Assembly: GCA_045653105.1 (NCBI GenBank)
Contig: JAZOLL010000030.1
Span: 536 to 64,535 of the forward strand
Direction: 5' to 3'
Source of the DNA: Eubacteriales bacterium
GTDB taxonomy: Bacteria > Bacillota > Clostridia > Oscillospirales > CAG-272
Length of the DNA: 64,000 nt
Part shown: in pieces, positions 63,666 through 64,000 of the stretch
How the letters are laid out: every line of letters starts with the position of its first letter
Position numbering within the stretch: position 1 is the first letter of the stretch
Notes under the pieces: generated by a model
Seen by the model: the letters and a program-made list of their open reading frames with translations, nothing else
Databases searched by the model: none
What the model was told of the DNA's origin: nothing
Position numbers and translations under genes: made by a program

Positions 63666-64000
63666 TCAGCTAAAGAATATCGCAAGTGCTCCGTAGGAGA
63701 TAAGCGTCACCACAACTCCCGCGATAAGCACCCCGATGAAGCAGGAAAGAAGTGCTTTCCAGAACTTCATATCAAGCGCCGCCGCAACAAGCGCTCCCGT
63801 CCAAGCCCCCGTCATAGGGAGCGGAATAGCAACGAAAAGGCAAACACCCCAGAAAGAATATTTTTCTATCTTTTCGCGATTTTTTTCGATCTTTCTGTTG
63901 AGAAATTCCGCAAACTTGTTGCATATCGATATCTTCGACTTGGATGCCCAAGCTATAATTCCCCTGATAAAGAGCAATATGAAAGGCACGGGAAGTATAT
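63666..64000 (-). CDS. Small multidrug-export-like membrane protein (COG2426 / Sm_multidrug_ex family), 5' end outside the window
   Basis: PLPMTGAWTGALVAAALDM motif. The frame stays open to nt 64000 and the track start is GTG, so the true start is probably upstream of the window. Confidence 0.7.
   Translation of the reverse strand, partial: ILPVPFILLFIRGIIAWASKSKISICNKFAEFLNRKIEKNREKIEKYSFWGVCLFVAIPLPMTGAWTGALVAAALDMKFWKALLSCFIGVLIAGVVVTLISYGALAIFFS

Overview
This 64 kb window looks like a chromosomal segment from a low-GC Gram-positive, spore-forming Clostridia genome, possibly Oscillospiraceae/Ruminococcaceae-like, though that taxonomic guess is inference only. The signals for this are strong AGGAGG-type RBSs, many near-perfect TTGACA-17-TGnTATAAT promoters, and dpaA/dpaB (spoVF), comEC, comFC and PurO-type IMP cyclohydrolase genes. 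I can support about 50 protein genes, 2 tRNAs, 3 riboswitches, and many promoters and terminators. The riboswitches are ZTP before purE-M-N-O-H-D-L, cobalamin before a DUF4430/S-component pair, and SAM-I before metK. I saw no rRNA, CRISPR array, transposase, integrase or phage genes. Most of the content is housekeeping: tkt, pur operon, eno, deoC, topB, pgi, dac, mreB, recD2, metK and alr. It also includes transport (TAXI-TRAP, MATE, Opp, ABC-2) and small regulatory modules (ArsR/SdpI-like/ABC and PadR/DUF1700/DUF4097).

The items most worth a second look are:
- Three paralogous secreted metallophosphoesterases share a Thr-rich linker followed by an invariant Gly-Cys motif, a TM helix and an Arg/Lys tail at the extreme C-terminus, laid out like a sorting signal. 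They bracket a GT4-CsaB fusion gene.
- The OppA-type binding protein has domain segments in circularly permuted order.
- OppC carries a roughly 130 aa parvulin-like insertion in its first extracytoplasmic loop.
- A 0.4 kb non-coding region is packed with DnaA-box-like 9-mers and an iterated 11-mer.
- Scrambled fragments of the adjacent initiator tRNA lie just downstream of it.

All family assignments come from motif recognition by eye. No database search was run.
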